Source: Deltaproteobacteria bacterium (GTDB lineage Bacteria > Desulfobacterota > Desulfobacteria > Desulfobacterales > QNYZ01). Taken from it: DNA of 64,000 nt. A program made the position numbers and the translations under genes. A model generated the notes under the pieces. It was not told the DNA's origin. It did no database searches and saw only the letters and a program-made list of their open reading frames with translations. Shown in pieces: positions 38,118 through 46,246 of this stretch. The first letter of the stretch is position 1. Each line of letters opens with the position of its first letter. Location of the stretch: contig QNYZ01000094.1 of assembly GCA_003973265.1 (NCBI GenBank), positions 1,804 through 65,803 of the forward strand, written 5' to 3'.

Positions 38118-40310
38118 CTATGGGCTCACCAAGATAGCAGAAACAGAGGCTCCCAGTCCGAGAATCAGGATGCCCCGCCCGCCCAGATCAACGGAGCCGG
38201 TCCCGGTCAGGGCGGATGGAACGACCTGATCTTGAACCAGGGTGACGGCCAGGGAGGTGGCCACGGCCGATGCCGTGGCAAATTCCCCGGTAAATGAGCG
38301 GTACGGGATACCGGGTACCTGGCGGTTTATCGCGCTGAAAAATTGCTTAAGTTGCATATTACCTAATGAGTCATAACATTTAGGAATACCATATAATATA
38401 GCGCTGTACTTATCGGAAAGTGAATGCCGGCCATCCAGGGCGGCTGCCAGTCTGGATATGATTTCCGGGTTTTCCCCGTTTTCTTCGGTCCGCGCGTAAA
38501 AAAGAGAGTGAAGGGAGGGCTGCCCGGGCAGTTTTCCATCCTGCAGACAAAATGCCCCGCCCCCGTCCGCCGGCACCCTTGCCAACCGGCAGGATCGATC
38601 AAAAAGCGGTGAATAGTCCGGGTGAAATTCATCGGCACCGATCACGATACACGGCGGGTCACCATCCCGGGCCAGCAGCGACGCGGTGAAGAGTGCCTGC
38701 TCAAATGAATAATCTCCACCGGTCAGGGTCAGATTCGGACCCGTGGCCTTAAAAAAGATCGCGGCCTGTCCGGCCGGGGCATTGTGGACCGAACCGCTGA
38801 AGTCGATGGGGCTGGCAAAGCGCTGGTCAGATTCAAACAACTGGGTCAGAAACCGATGGGTCTCCGTCAATGCGCCCCATCCGGTTCCCAGAAAAACCGA
38901 TTGAGGGCTAGCGGGGGCGGCCTTACGCCGGATCGTTTCGCAAAGCGACAACACCATGCGGGGCATCCGTTTTAACCGGCGAAGCGTTGCGGGCGGCAGA
39001 CCGGCGGAAAGGGCGGCTGAAGAGAGTTGCCCGGCCATGGATTGACCCCGGCGAAAGCATTCTGCGGTCGCATCCGTATTTCCTGCACCGGTCCGGCAGG
39101 CATGGGCCAGGATAGAGAGCGCGCGGGGAAAATGAGCGGTCTTAACAGGGTTTCCACTGCCGATTTGCCCCAGGACGGCGGCGGCGTTGTTTCCGCCAAA
39201 CCCCAGGGAATTGACCAGGGCGCGTCGTACCGGCTGGTGAACCGGCGTTTCAACCGGGCAGAGTGGAAGACGGGTATCCGGCTCAACCAGGCCGGTATTG
39301 GCCGGTACCAGGCCGTGGCGGATGGATAAAGCCGATACGACGGCGCCCACGGCCCCGGCCGCAGCCAGGCTGTGGCCGGTACTTCCCTTAATGGAAGACA
39401 CCGCCGGTATCCGGTGGGAAAACAATCGGTCGATGGCCACAGATTCGGCGGCGTCGTTATCTACCGTGCCGGTGCCGTGAAGGTGGATATAATCGATCGG
39501 GTCCCTGATCCGGCTCATGGATATGCCCGCATCGGTCAGGGCGGCGGACATGGCTGCCAGCGCTCCGTCTCCCCGGGGGTGGGGCGCCGTGGGGTGATAT
39601 GCATCGCAGGAGAGTCCGGCCCCGAGAAGCTCGGCCACGGCATTTTCTGGAACGGTTTGGGATGATTCCAAGAGAAGCATGGCGGCCGCTTCAGCCACCG
39701 CCATGCCATGCCGGTGGCGGTCGAAAGGCCTGGGCCCTGTCGGGTCGATGAGCTGCAGGGCGTTAAAACCATAATACGTCAACCGGCACAGTGCGTCCAC
39801 GCCGCCGGCCAAAACGCGGGTGGCCCTGCCGGAGCGGAGGAGTTCCAGCGCAATTTTAAAGGTTGCCGTCCCAGATGAACAGGCCGTCGAGACGGTCAGT
39901 ACCGGCCCCCGGCAGCCCAGGATGATCGCCAGATGATCGCCCACCGAGCCGGTGGCATGAAAACGATAGGCATCCGGGTCGTCGATTCCGGCCATGAGCC
40001 CTTTCTCCGTATCCGGCATGCCGCCCGTGGTGCTGCCGATAACAATGGCGTCCGGCGGCCGGTTGTGGCCACTGAGCGCTTCTCTGGCGGCGATTAATGC
40101 GAGCTGATGGGTGCGTGGGAGACGGGCATCGCGGCTGATCGGTTCGCCGATCTGTCCCACCGGCAGCGGGGTGCCGTGGAGAACGGGGAAAAGGGAAAGC
40201 GGGCTGATTTTTTTGTCATCGCGGGTGATGGCCGAAAGCGTGGCGGCGCATCCGATACCGAGCGGACTGATGATCCCCATCCCGGTAATATACACTTGCG
40301 GATACTTCAA
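38118..40310 (-). CDS. Fused ketosynthase / chain-length-factor-like protein (KS-CLF)
   Basis: 730-aa ORF with a TTG start overlapping the ACP stop (TTGA at 40307-40310). The N-terminal half is a KS with TACSSGTAT, HLHGTGT and STGHSLAAAG. The C-terminal roughly 300 aa is thiolase-fold-like but has TGGDYSFEQAL where the nucleophile Cys should be. Confidence 0.8.
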   Translation of the reverse strand: MKYPQVYITGMGIISPLGIGCAATLSAITRDDKKISPLSLFPVLHGTPLPVGQIGEPISRDARLPRTHQLALIAAREALSGHNRPPDAIVIGSTTGGMPDTEKGLMAGIDDPDAYRFHATGSVGDHLAIILGCRGPVLTVSTACSSGTATFKIALELLRSGRATRVLAGGVDALCRLTYYGFNALQLIDPTGPRPFDRHRHGMAVAEAAAMLLLESSQTVPENAVAELLGAGLSCDAYHPTAPHPRGDGALAAMSAALTDAGISMSRIRDPIDYIHLHGTGTVDNDAAESVAIDRLFSHRIPAVSSIKGSTGHSLAAAGAVGAVVSALSIRHGLVPANTGLVEPDTRLPLCPVETPVHQPVRRALVNSLGFGGNNAAAVLGQIGSGNPVKTAHFPRALSILAHACRTGAGNTDATAECFRRGQSMAGQLSSAALSAGLPPATLRRLKRMPRMVLSLCETIRRKAAPASPQSVFLGTGWGALTETHRFLTQLFESDQRFASPIDFSGSVHNAPAGQAAIFFKATGPNLTLTGGDYSFEQALFTASLLARDGDPPCIVIGADEFHPDYSPLFDRSCRLARVPADGGGAFCLQDGKLPGQPSLHSLFYARTEENGENPEIISRLAAALDGRHSLSDKYSAILYGIPKCYDSLGNMQLKQFFSAINRQVPGIPYRSFTGEFATASAVATSLAVTLVQDQVVPSALTGTGSVDLGGRGILILGLGASVSAILVSP

Positions 40311-40573
40311 CGCGTCTTTTCCACCCGGTTTTCATTGATAAAACCGGCCAGCGCGCCAAGGGAGGCAAACACTTTTGTGCCCAGTTCCTGATTGTCGATG
40401 AGGACGCCATAATCTTTTTCCACCATCATCACCAGTTCGAGGACATCGATGGAATCAATTCCGAGTTTTCCACCGATCAGCGGCTCGTCAGCGGCGATAT
40501 CATCCGGTGTTACATCCACTAGGTCAAGGGCGTCGATGATTTTGATCTGGAGTTCTTTGATCAGGTTTTCCAT
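40307..40573 (-). CDS. Acyl carrier protein
   Basis: 88-aa ORF with LGIDSIDVLEL. It is the first gene of the minus-strand operon. Confidence 0.88.
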   Translation of the reverse strand: MENLIKELQIKIIDALDLVDVTPDDIAADEPLIGGKLGIDSIDVLELVMMVEKDYGVLIDNQELGTKVFASLGALAGFINENRVEKTR

Positions 40574-40727
40574 ATAAATTCCCTTATTGTCGTTGCCGGC
40601 ATTGCGTTCCGCCTGGCGGAAGTGTCCTTTACAACGCCCGGCAAATCAGGTTATAGATGAATGGATAAACTATGCCAATTTTGCGATTTGGCGTCAACTA
40701 TCAATCTCTTTTTAGCGAAACCTCAAT

Positions 40728-41159
40728 ATGCTGCAAGACGATATCCGCATTGAAGATTTAATCCCTCACCGGGATCGGATGAAACTGGTGGATGAGATCC
40801 TGGCCGTGGATGACACCACCGCCGTTACCCTGTCGGTGGTGTCTGAAAAATGGCCGACAGCCGGAGGAGGCGGTGCGTGCGCGGTGACACTGGTGGAGCT
40901 GGTGGCCCAGACGGCCGGTATCTGTATCGGCTGGCGGGAATTACGAAAACATGGCAATACCAAAGGCGGCAGGGGGTGGCTGGTGGGGATTAAAAAGGCC
41001 GTTTTTATGAAAGACCCGATTCCGCTGGGTGCCAGGGTGGTTACGTCTGCAGAGAAAAAATTCAGTTTCGAGGGGCTGTCCGAGATTACGGGTACCGTTC
41101 GTATCGGGGAGGACCCGATTGCGGACGTCACGCTTCAAGTGGTACAGGAAGAGGATTAA
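40728..41159 (+). CDS. Hotdog-fold dehydratase (ApeP-like)
   Basis: 143-aa ORF. LIPHRDRMKLVDEIL matches the N-terminal signature of aryl polyene cluster dehydratases. Confidence 0.7.
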   Translation: MLQDDIRIEDLIPHRDRMKLVDEILAVDDTTAVTLSVVSEKWPTAGGGGACAVTLVELVAQTAGICIGWRELRKHGNTKGGRGWLVGIKKAVFMKDPIPLGARVVTSAEKKFSFEGLSEITGTVRIGEDPIADVTLQVVQEED

Positions 41160-41207
41160 AAGATAAATTAAACAAATAGTTATATAAAAAACATCAAGGA
41201 GTAGGTT

Positions 41208-41945
41208 ATGGAGCAATCCCATGATATTGAGGTCGCCATCGTCACCGGTGCCAGCGGGGGAATCGGCCGGGCCATTGCGATTGCACTGGCCAAAGCGGGC
41301 TATTATGTGGTCGTCAATTATCGATCCAGTCAAGGTGGTGCCGAAAAAACCCTGGCGCAGATTACGCAGGATGGCGGGCGGGGTGAATTGCAGGGATTTG
41401 ACGTCACCGATGCCGACCAGACCAAGGCGGCCCTGGACGATCTGTTCTCGCGGTACAAGGGGATCGATGTGCTGGTGAACAATGCCGGAATCACCCACGA
41501 CGGGCTGTTTATGATGATGTCCAAAAAAGCCTGGCAGCAGGTTCTGGATACAACCCTGGCCGGGTTCTACAATGTGACCAAGCCGGTGCTGAAAAAGATG
41601 GTTCGCCGCAAAAAAGGGTCCGTGGTCTCGATCTCTTCCATTGCCGGGTTGATCGGAAACCGGGGCCAGGCCAATTATTCGGCGGCCAAGGCCGGTTTGA
41701 TCGGTGCCAGCCGCTCGCTGGCTGCCGAAGTGGCCCGGCTGGGCATCCGGGTCAACGTGGTGGCCCCCGGCCTGATCGATACGGAAATGATCAAGGATGT
41801 GCCCCTGAGCGCGCTGAAAAATATGATTCCCATGGCCCGCATCGGAAAACCGGAAGAGGTGGCCAGCGTGGTCCGTTTTCTCTGCTCGGACGATGCCTCG
41901 TATGTGACCGGCCAGGTGGTTTCCGTTAATGGCGGCATGGCCTGA
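41208..41945 (+). CDS. fabG: 3-oxoacyl-ACP reductase (SDR; ApeQ-like)
   Basis: 245-aa ORF. TGASGGIGRAIA, NNAG, YSAAK (YxxxK), and the C-terminal YVTGQVVSVNGG typical of FabG. Confidence 0.9.
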   Translation: MEQSHDIEVAIVTGASGGIGRAIAIALAKAGYYVVVNYRSSQGGAEKTLAQITQDGGRGELQGFDVTDADQTKAALDDLFSRYKGIDVLVNNAGITHDGLFMMMSKKAWQQVLDTTLAGFYNVTKPVLKKMVRRKKGSVVSISSIAGLIGNRGQANYSAAKAGLIGASRSLAAEVARLGIRVNVVAPGLIDTEMIKDVPLSALKNMIPMARIGKPEEVASVVRFLCSDDASYVTGQVVSVNGGMA

Positions 41946-42606
41946 GCCGGTGAGACCGGGGATCATTATCTGGATCAAACGGATACTTCGCAGCCATCGC
42001 TGTCACCGGGTATTTCCGGGGACGATCCTTGCGCTGCTGGTGCTGATCTGTGCCGGGTGGACAAAGAGCTGGACATCGATCCAGGCCGCGGCTGAAAAAA
42101 TTGAATCGATCCAGGCGGATTTTGTCCAGGAAAAGCACCTTCCGTTTCTGGTGAAACCGCTGGAATCCACGGGGCGGTTCTATTTCAAGCGTCCGGGATC
42201 GGTTCGCTGGGAATACGTCTCACCGTTGAAAAGTATCCTGGTGTCCCATCAGGGAAATACCCGGCGGCTGGTGGAAGAAAACGGGGCATGGATTGAAGAT
42301 GTCGGGGTGAAAATGGCGGGGATGCAGGTGGTCATGACCCAGATCAGCCAATGGATGTCCGGCCGGTTTACCGACAGTACGGATTTTGATGCCAGGATCG
42401 CAGACGATGGCAAAGTGGTGCTGACCCCTGGAAATAAAGCCCTCTCCCGGATGATCCGGCGCATTGAGCTGACGCTTTCCGACCGTCCGGGGGTGGTGGA
42501 TTCGGTGAAGGTGATTGAAGGCGACGATGCCTATACCGTATGGGCCTTTAAAAATATCCAGACCAATAAACCCTTCAAACCCACCCTGTTTACCGTGGTG
42601 CCATGA
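41929..42606 (+). CDS. LolA-like outer-membrane lipoprotein-carrier family protein (ApeL-like)
   Basis: 225-aa ORF with an N-terminal TM/signal segment, then QADFVQEKHLPFLVKPLESTGRFYFKRPGSVRWEY, a LolA-family pattern. ATGA overlap with the next gene at 42603-42606. Confidence 0.65.
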   Translation: MAAWPEPVRPGIIIWIKRILRSHRCHRVFPGTILALLVLICAGWTKSWTSIQAAAEKIESIQADFVQEKHLPFLVKPLESTGRFYFKRPGSVRWEYVSPLKSILVSHQGNTRRLVEENGAWIEDVGVKMAGMQVVMTQISQWMSGRFTDSTDFDARIADDGKVVLTPGNKALSRMIRRIELTLSDRPGVVDSVKVIEGDDAYTVWAFKNIQTNKPFKPTLFTVVP

Positions 42607-43283
42607 GCCGGTTTTCCTGGTTGATCATCTGCCTGTTCTGCCTGGGCGGCTGTACCGGCATACCGCGGATGGTCCCGCTGTATCCGCTTGAAACGATATT
42701 AGAAAAACCGGATTGCCGGCAGCCGTTCGCAAAAAATCAGTGGCAGTTTGTCCACACGATACGCATGGAAACGGGCAGGAAGGCTTCGTTTTTCAGCGGC
42801 GTCATCACGGTTGATCCGGCTGCGGAATCGGTACGCTGCACGCTTCTTACCCTGGAAGGCCTGGTCCTGTTTGATGCCCGCCTGACCAGGGGGAAACCGG
42901 AGGTGATAAAGGCGGTCCCGCCCTTTGACCGACCGGCGCTGGCCACCGGTATATTGACTGATGTCGGGCTGATATTTTTATCCCCCGCCGGGCCGCCTGA
43001 AACCGGCCGGACCGGGAGCGGAGATATTGTCTGCCGGTTCGGCGCACCGCAACAGGGCATCGTGGAAGTCGTTCCCGCCCGTGACCGGTCGGACCGATCC
43101 TGGCAGATCCGGAAGTATGACGAAAACGGCCGGGTGGTCCGCGAAGTGGTGACAGGAACGTCGGGTCGCTGGGAAGGGGCAGAGACCCTTTTTATTCCCG
43201 ATACATTTACCTTGACGGCCACGGGAAGCCGTGGCTATCGTCTGCATTTCCGGTGTCTGTCATCCACACGAATCGGCTTATAA
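42603..43283 (+). CDS. Lipoprotein, DUF3261-like (ApeN-like)
   Basis: 226-aa ORF. Signal peptide with lipobox LGGC (MSRFSWLIICLFCLGGCTG). The position after the LolA-like gene matches the aryl polyene cluster order. The family assignment rests on context. Confidence 0.5.
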   Translation: MSRFSWLIICLFCLGGCTGIPRMVPLYPLETILEKPDCRQPFAKNQWQFVHTIRMETGRKASFFSGVITVDPAAESVRCTLLTLEGLVLFDARLTRGKPEVIKAVPPFDRPALATGILTDVGLIFLSPAGPPETGRTGSGDIVCRFGAPQQGIVEVVPARDRSDRSWQIRKYDENGRVVREVVTGTSGRWEGAETLFIPDTFTLTATGSRGYRLHFRCLSSTRIGL

Positions 43284-43351
43284 GTTAAGCATCGCACCGG
43301 CCTGACAGAGATCGTAAACATAAAGCGGTAAGGAAGGAATCAAGTAACTCA

Positions 43352-44614
43352 ATGAAATTTTATCTGATATATCCCAAGTGGCCCAAACTGACCGGTCAAA
43401 CCGAGTTTCACCTGCCGCCCCACGGCCCGGTGGTATTTGCGGCGGCCCTGCCCGATGATGTGGATATCGAATTTGTCGATGAAAACCTTCAGGAAATTGA
43501 TTTTGACGTCACTGCCGATCTGGTGGGGATTTCCGTCATGTTGACCAGCCAGATCCAGCGCGGCTGGGAAATTGCCGATACGTTTCGGGCCAGAGGGACA
43601 ACCGTGATTTTTGGCGGGATTGCCGCCATGCTTCATGCCGAAGAGACCATGGCCCATGCCGATGCGGTTTTTGTCGGCGAGGCAGAAGGCCGCATGGAAG
43701 CACTGCTTGATGATTTCAATAATAACCGGCTGAAAAAATTATATAATTATCTTGATGATCAGCCGCCCGTGGAACTCATCGGACCGGCCCGCCGGGATAT
43801 TTTAAACCGGGACCTGTATAATTACCGGGGCATTCAGATGGTCGACCTGATGCATGCATCAAGGGGATGCCGGTTTAATTGCTACCCGTGTGCGGTGGCC
43901 TACCTGGGCGGGCGTAAATTTCGGCCGCGCCCCATCGACATCGTGATTGAAGAAATGGCCGGTATTGACAATAACCGGTTATTTATCGTGGACAATTCCC
44001 TGGCGCAGAGTACGAAATGGGAAAAAGAGCTGTTTCGGGCCATGATCCCGTTGAAAAAAAACTGGTGCAGCCATCCCATTGAAGATGATCCCGAAGTCCT
44101 TGACCTGGCGGCCCGGGCCGGGGCCTGGTATGTCTACCAGGCGGTGTTTGACACCTCGGATTTAATCCGGGACCGGATTAAACGCTATCACGATCATGGT
44201 ATTGCCGTGGAAGGTACGATCCTGCTGGGGCTTGACGAACATACCGAAGAGAGCATCAATCGCCTGATTGATTTCCTCCTGGAGGTCGATCTGGATCTGG
44301 CCGAATTTACGATTTTAACGCCCTTTCCCCATACGCGGGCCTTTCGGGATCTTGAAAAGCAGGGCCGGATTTTAACCCATGACTGGAAAAAGTATACGGC
44401 GGATCAGGTGGTGTATCAACCGAGACATATCTCGCCGGACCGGCTCCAGGAGCTGTTTCATCATGCCTGGGATTCTTTTTATAAAGATGAATCTCAGCAC
44501 ATGAAAATGTTCAAGCTCTTTAAGCGGGTCATGGAACGGGAGATGGCCAGCAATACCTATCGGCCGAGACAGCGAAACAAGGCGGACCGGGTTTTTGGCC
44601 GGAAAAAAGCCTGA
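43352..44614 (+). CDS. B12-binding-domain radical SAM enzyme (class B, second copy)
   Basis: 420-aa ORF. N-terminal cobalamin-binding-like domain (MKFYLIYPKW...GISVMLTSQ), then ASRGCRFNCYPC (CxxxCxxC). Confidence 0.78.
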   Translation: MKFYLIYPKWPKLTGQTEFHLPPHGPVVFAAALPDDVDIEFVDENLQEIDFDVTADLVGISVMLTSQIQRGWEIADTFRARGTTVIFGGIAAMLHAEETMAHADAVFVGEAEGRMEALLDDFNNNRLKKLYNYLDDQPPVELIGPARRDILNRDLYNYRGIQMVDLMHASRGCRFNCYPCAVAYLGGRKFRPRPIDIVIEEMAGIDNNRLFIVDNSLAQSTKWEKELFRAMIPLKKNWCSHPIEDDPEVLDLAARAGAWYVYQAVFDTSDLIRDRIKRYHDHGIAVEGTILLGLDEHTEESINRLIDFLLEVDLDLAEFTILTPFPHTRAFRDLEKQGRILTHDWKKYTADQVVYQPRHISPDRLQELFHHAWDSFYKDESQHMKMFKLFKRVMEREMASNTYRPRQRNKADRVFGRKKA

Positions 44615-44652
44615 TGGCGCTGCCGGTCCGGTAAATCGGCTGGCAGTGCGTG

Positions 44653-45378
44653 TTATCTTTCCGGCGGCAGGAATGCAAACACGCGGGTCGGGCTGCCGGA
44701 GCCTTCGGCAACGGGCAGGCCGCCGATGACCAGTGTTGAGCCGGTGGGCGGGAGTTGATCCAGGTTCGCCAGGCACTCCAGTACCATCCCATCCGCATGG
44801 TAGATGGCCATGCTCGCCTTGAATTGTTTGTCGTTGCCCGGATCGACCCCGTGGGTATCGGTACCCATCCCCCGGATCTTACGGGCGTGGATGAGGAAGG
44901 ATACCGCATCCGGGCCAAATCCGGGCCAGTGGCATCGGTTGTGCCCGTCTAGTCCGAGAAAGACCCGGGGCGTTTTCCATTTTTCCTGCCAGCCCGTCAG
45001 GAGGACCGCCATGCTGCCGGGCGGGATCCGGCCGTTTTCTTTTTCCCAGGCGTGGATATCTTCCATGGACAGCCGGTAATCCGCATTTTCGGTCGATATT
45101 TTGCGGAGATCGATGACTGTGGCCGGAATCACCAGTTCTTCGGCACTGAACATCCCGGCACTGCGGGCACCTTTGATAAACGTATTGGGCGTTCCCCAAT
45201 GGGTGCCGCCGTGCTCCCCGATTGAGATACGGCGGGAGAGGTAGCGGTCTTTTTCGTAGGTGGCCCACGTCGTCACTTCAAAGGAAGGGTCCCCCGGCCA
45301 GGCCGGCATGTTCCGGTCAAGGGGATGGGTAAGATCGATCACGCGCCATTGCTTCAAAGAGATCTTGTTGTCTGCCAT
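44653..45378 (-). CDS. Cyclase-family protein (kynurenine formamidase-like)
   Basis: 241-aa ORF. DLTHPL...MPAWPGDP...GEHGGTHWGTP fits the putative-cyclase/arylformamidase metal-site pattern. Confidence 0.75.
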   Translation of the reverse strand: MADNKISLKQWRVIDLTHPLDRNMPAWPGDPSFEVTTWATYEKDRYLSRRISIGEHGGTHWGTPNTFIKGARSAGMFSAEELVIPATVIDLRKISTENADYRLSMEDIHAWEKENGRIPPGSMAVLLTGWQEKWKTPRVFLGLDGHNRCHWPGFGPDAVSFLIHARKIRGMGTDTHGVDPGNDKQFKASMAIYHADGMVLECLANLDQLPPTGSTLVIGGLPVAEGSGSPTRVFAFLPPER

Positions 45379-45544
45379 TGCTTTTGTCCGTGCCTCACCG
45401 GATATCCCGCGTCCCTGCTGCCTCGGGTTCTCTGGCCCTAAAACGGTGGCGTCTGGGTGATATCCGGCAGAGAAACCCTTGTCACCAGCGGAATAAACTC
45501 GTTTTTACGTGTGCGGGCTGTGCGCATGGTGAGGTTTTTAGATG

Positions 45545-45952
45545 TCAGTGATCATTGCCGGCATAAATCCACATGGGCTCTGTCTTGCCGGCTCTTTTAA
45601 ATCCCATGGCCTTGTAAAAATCAACGGCATCAATGTCTGCCGTCAGCATCTGCTGGTGAAAGCCCGCGTATTTGCTCTGCATGGCCGCCATCATTTTTCG
45701 TCCAACACCCTGACCCTGATACCGGGGATCGACCAGCATGTGCGGGTAATAAACAACCAGGTGGCCATCGGAGATTGCATTGGCAATACCGACCAGGGTG
45801 CCCGATATTCGTGCCGTCACCAGGCTGTGCGAGTTTTGCAGGGCGGCCAGAAGCTGTTTTGGCTTCTTTGCCGATGACCACTGATTGGCCTGGTATATGG
45901 CAATGACTTCCTTTTCTTTGATGTGATCGTTCAGACTGATTTGAATCTGCAT
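45545..45952 (-). CDS. GNAT-family N-acetyltransferase
   Basis: 135-aa ORF with the acetyl-CoA pyrophosphate-binding motif YQGQGVGRKMM. Confidence 0.8.
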   Translation of the reverse strand: MQIQISLNDHIKEKEVIAIYQANQWSSAKKPKQLLAALQNSHSLVTARISGTLVGIANAISDGHLVVYYPHMLVDPRYQGQGVGRKMMAAMQSKYAGFHQQMLTADIDAVDFYKAMGFKRAGKTEPMWIYAGNDH

Positions 45953-46246
45953 GGGGAGGTCCGTGAATGTATAATGTTAATGATTACAGTGGATTTAAAT
46001 AGCATAAATTGGCCATGATTCACAGATGTTTCCTGGTAGCGTTGCGGGATAAAAAAGATAGCAGCGGGGCTGGGCGAAATCGCAGGTTTTATCAGTGGTG
46101 AAGATTGACAGGTGGAGATTGACAAATTCGATTTTTCCGGTCATATCGGGAAAGAAAAATGTGGTTTTTGACATGCGCACGGATGATCATACCCGGATGC
46201 CATCTGAATGTGTTTGGCGGCATTCTTTATTTTTACGGAGGTAGCC

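Noticed and set aside
40941-41978. 345-aa minus-strand ORF
   Set aside because: It is antisense to fabG and the ApeP-like dehydratase gene, both of which have canonical motifs. Its His/Gly/Arg-rich low-complexity sequence looks like an artefact.
46105-46124. Two copies of AGATTGACA spaced 14 bp apart upstream of the HisD-like gene, as a promoter or operator
   Set aside because: I could not find a convincing -10 hexamer at the right spacing. Two copies of a 9-mer are not enough to support a call on their own.
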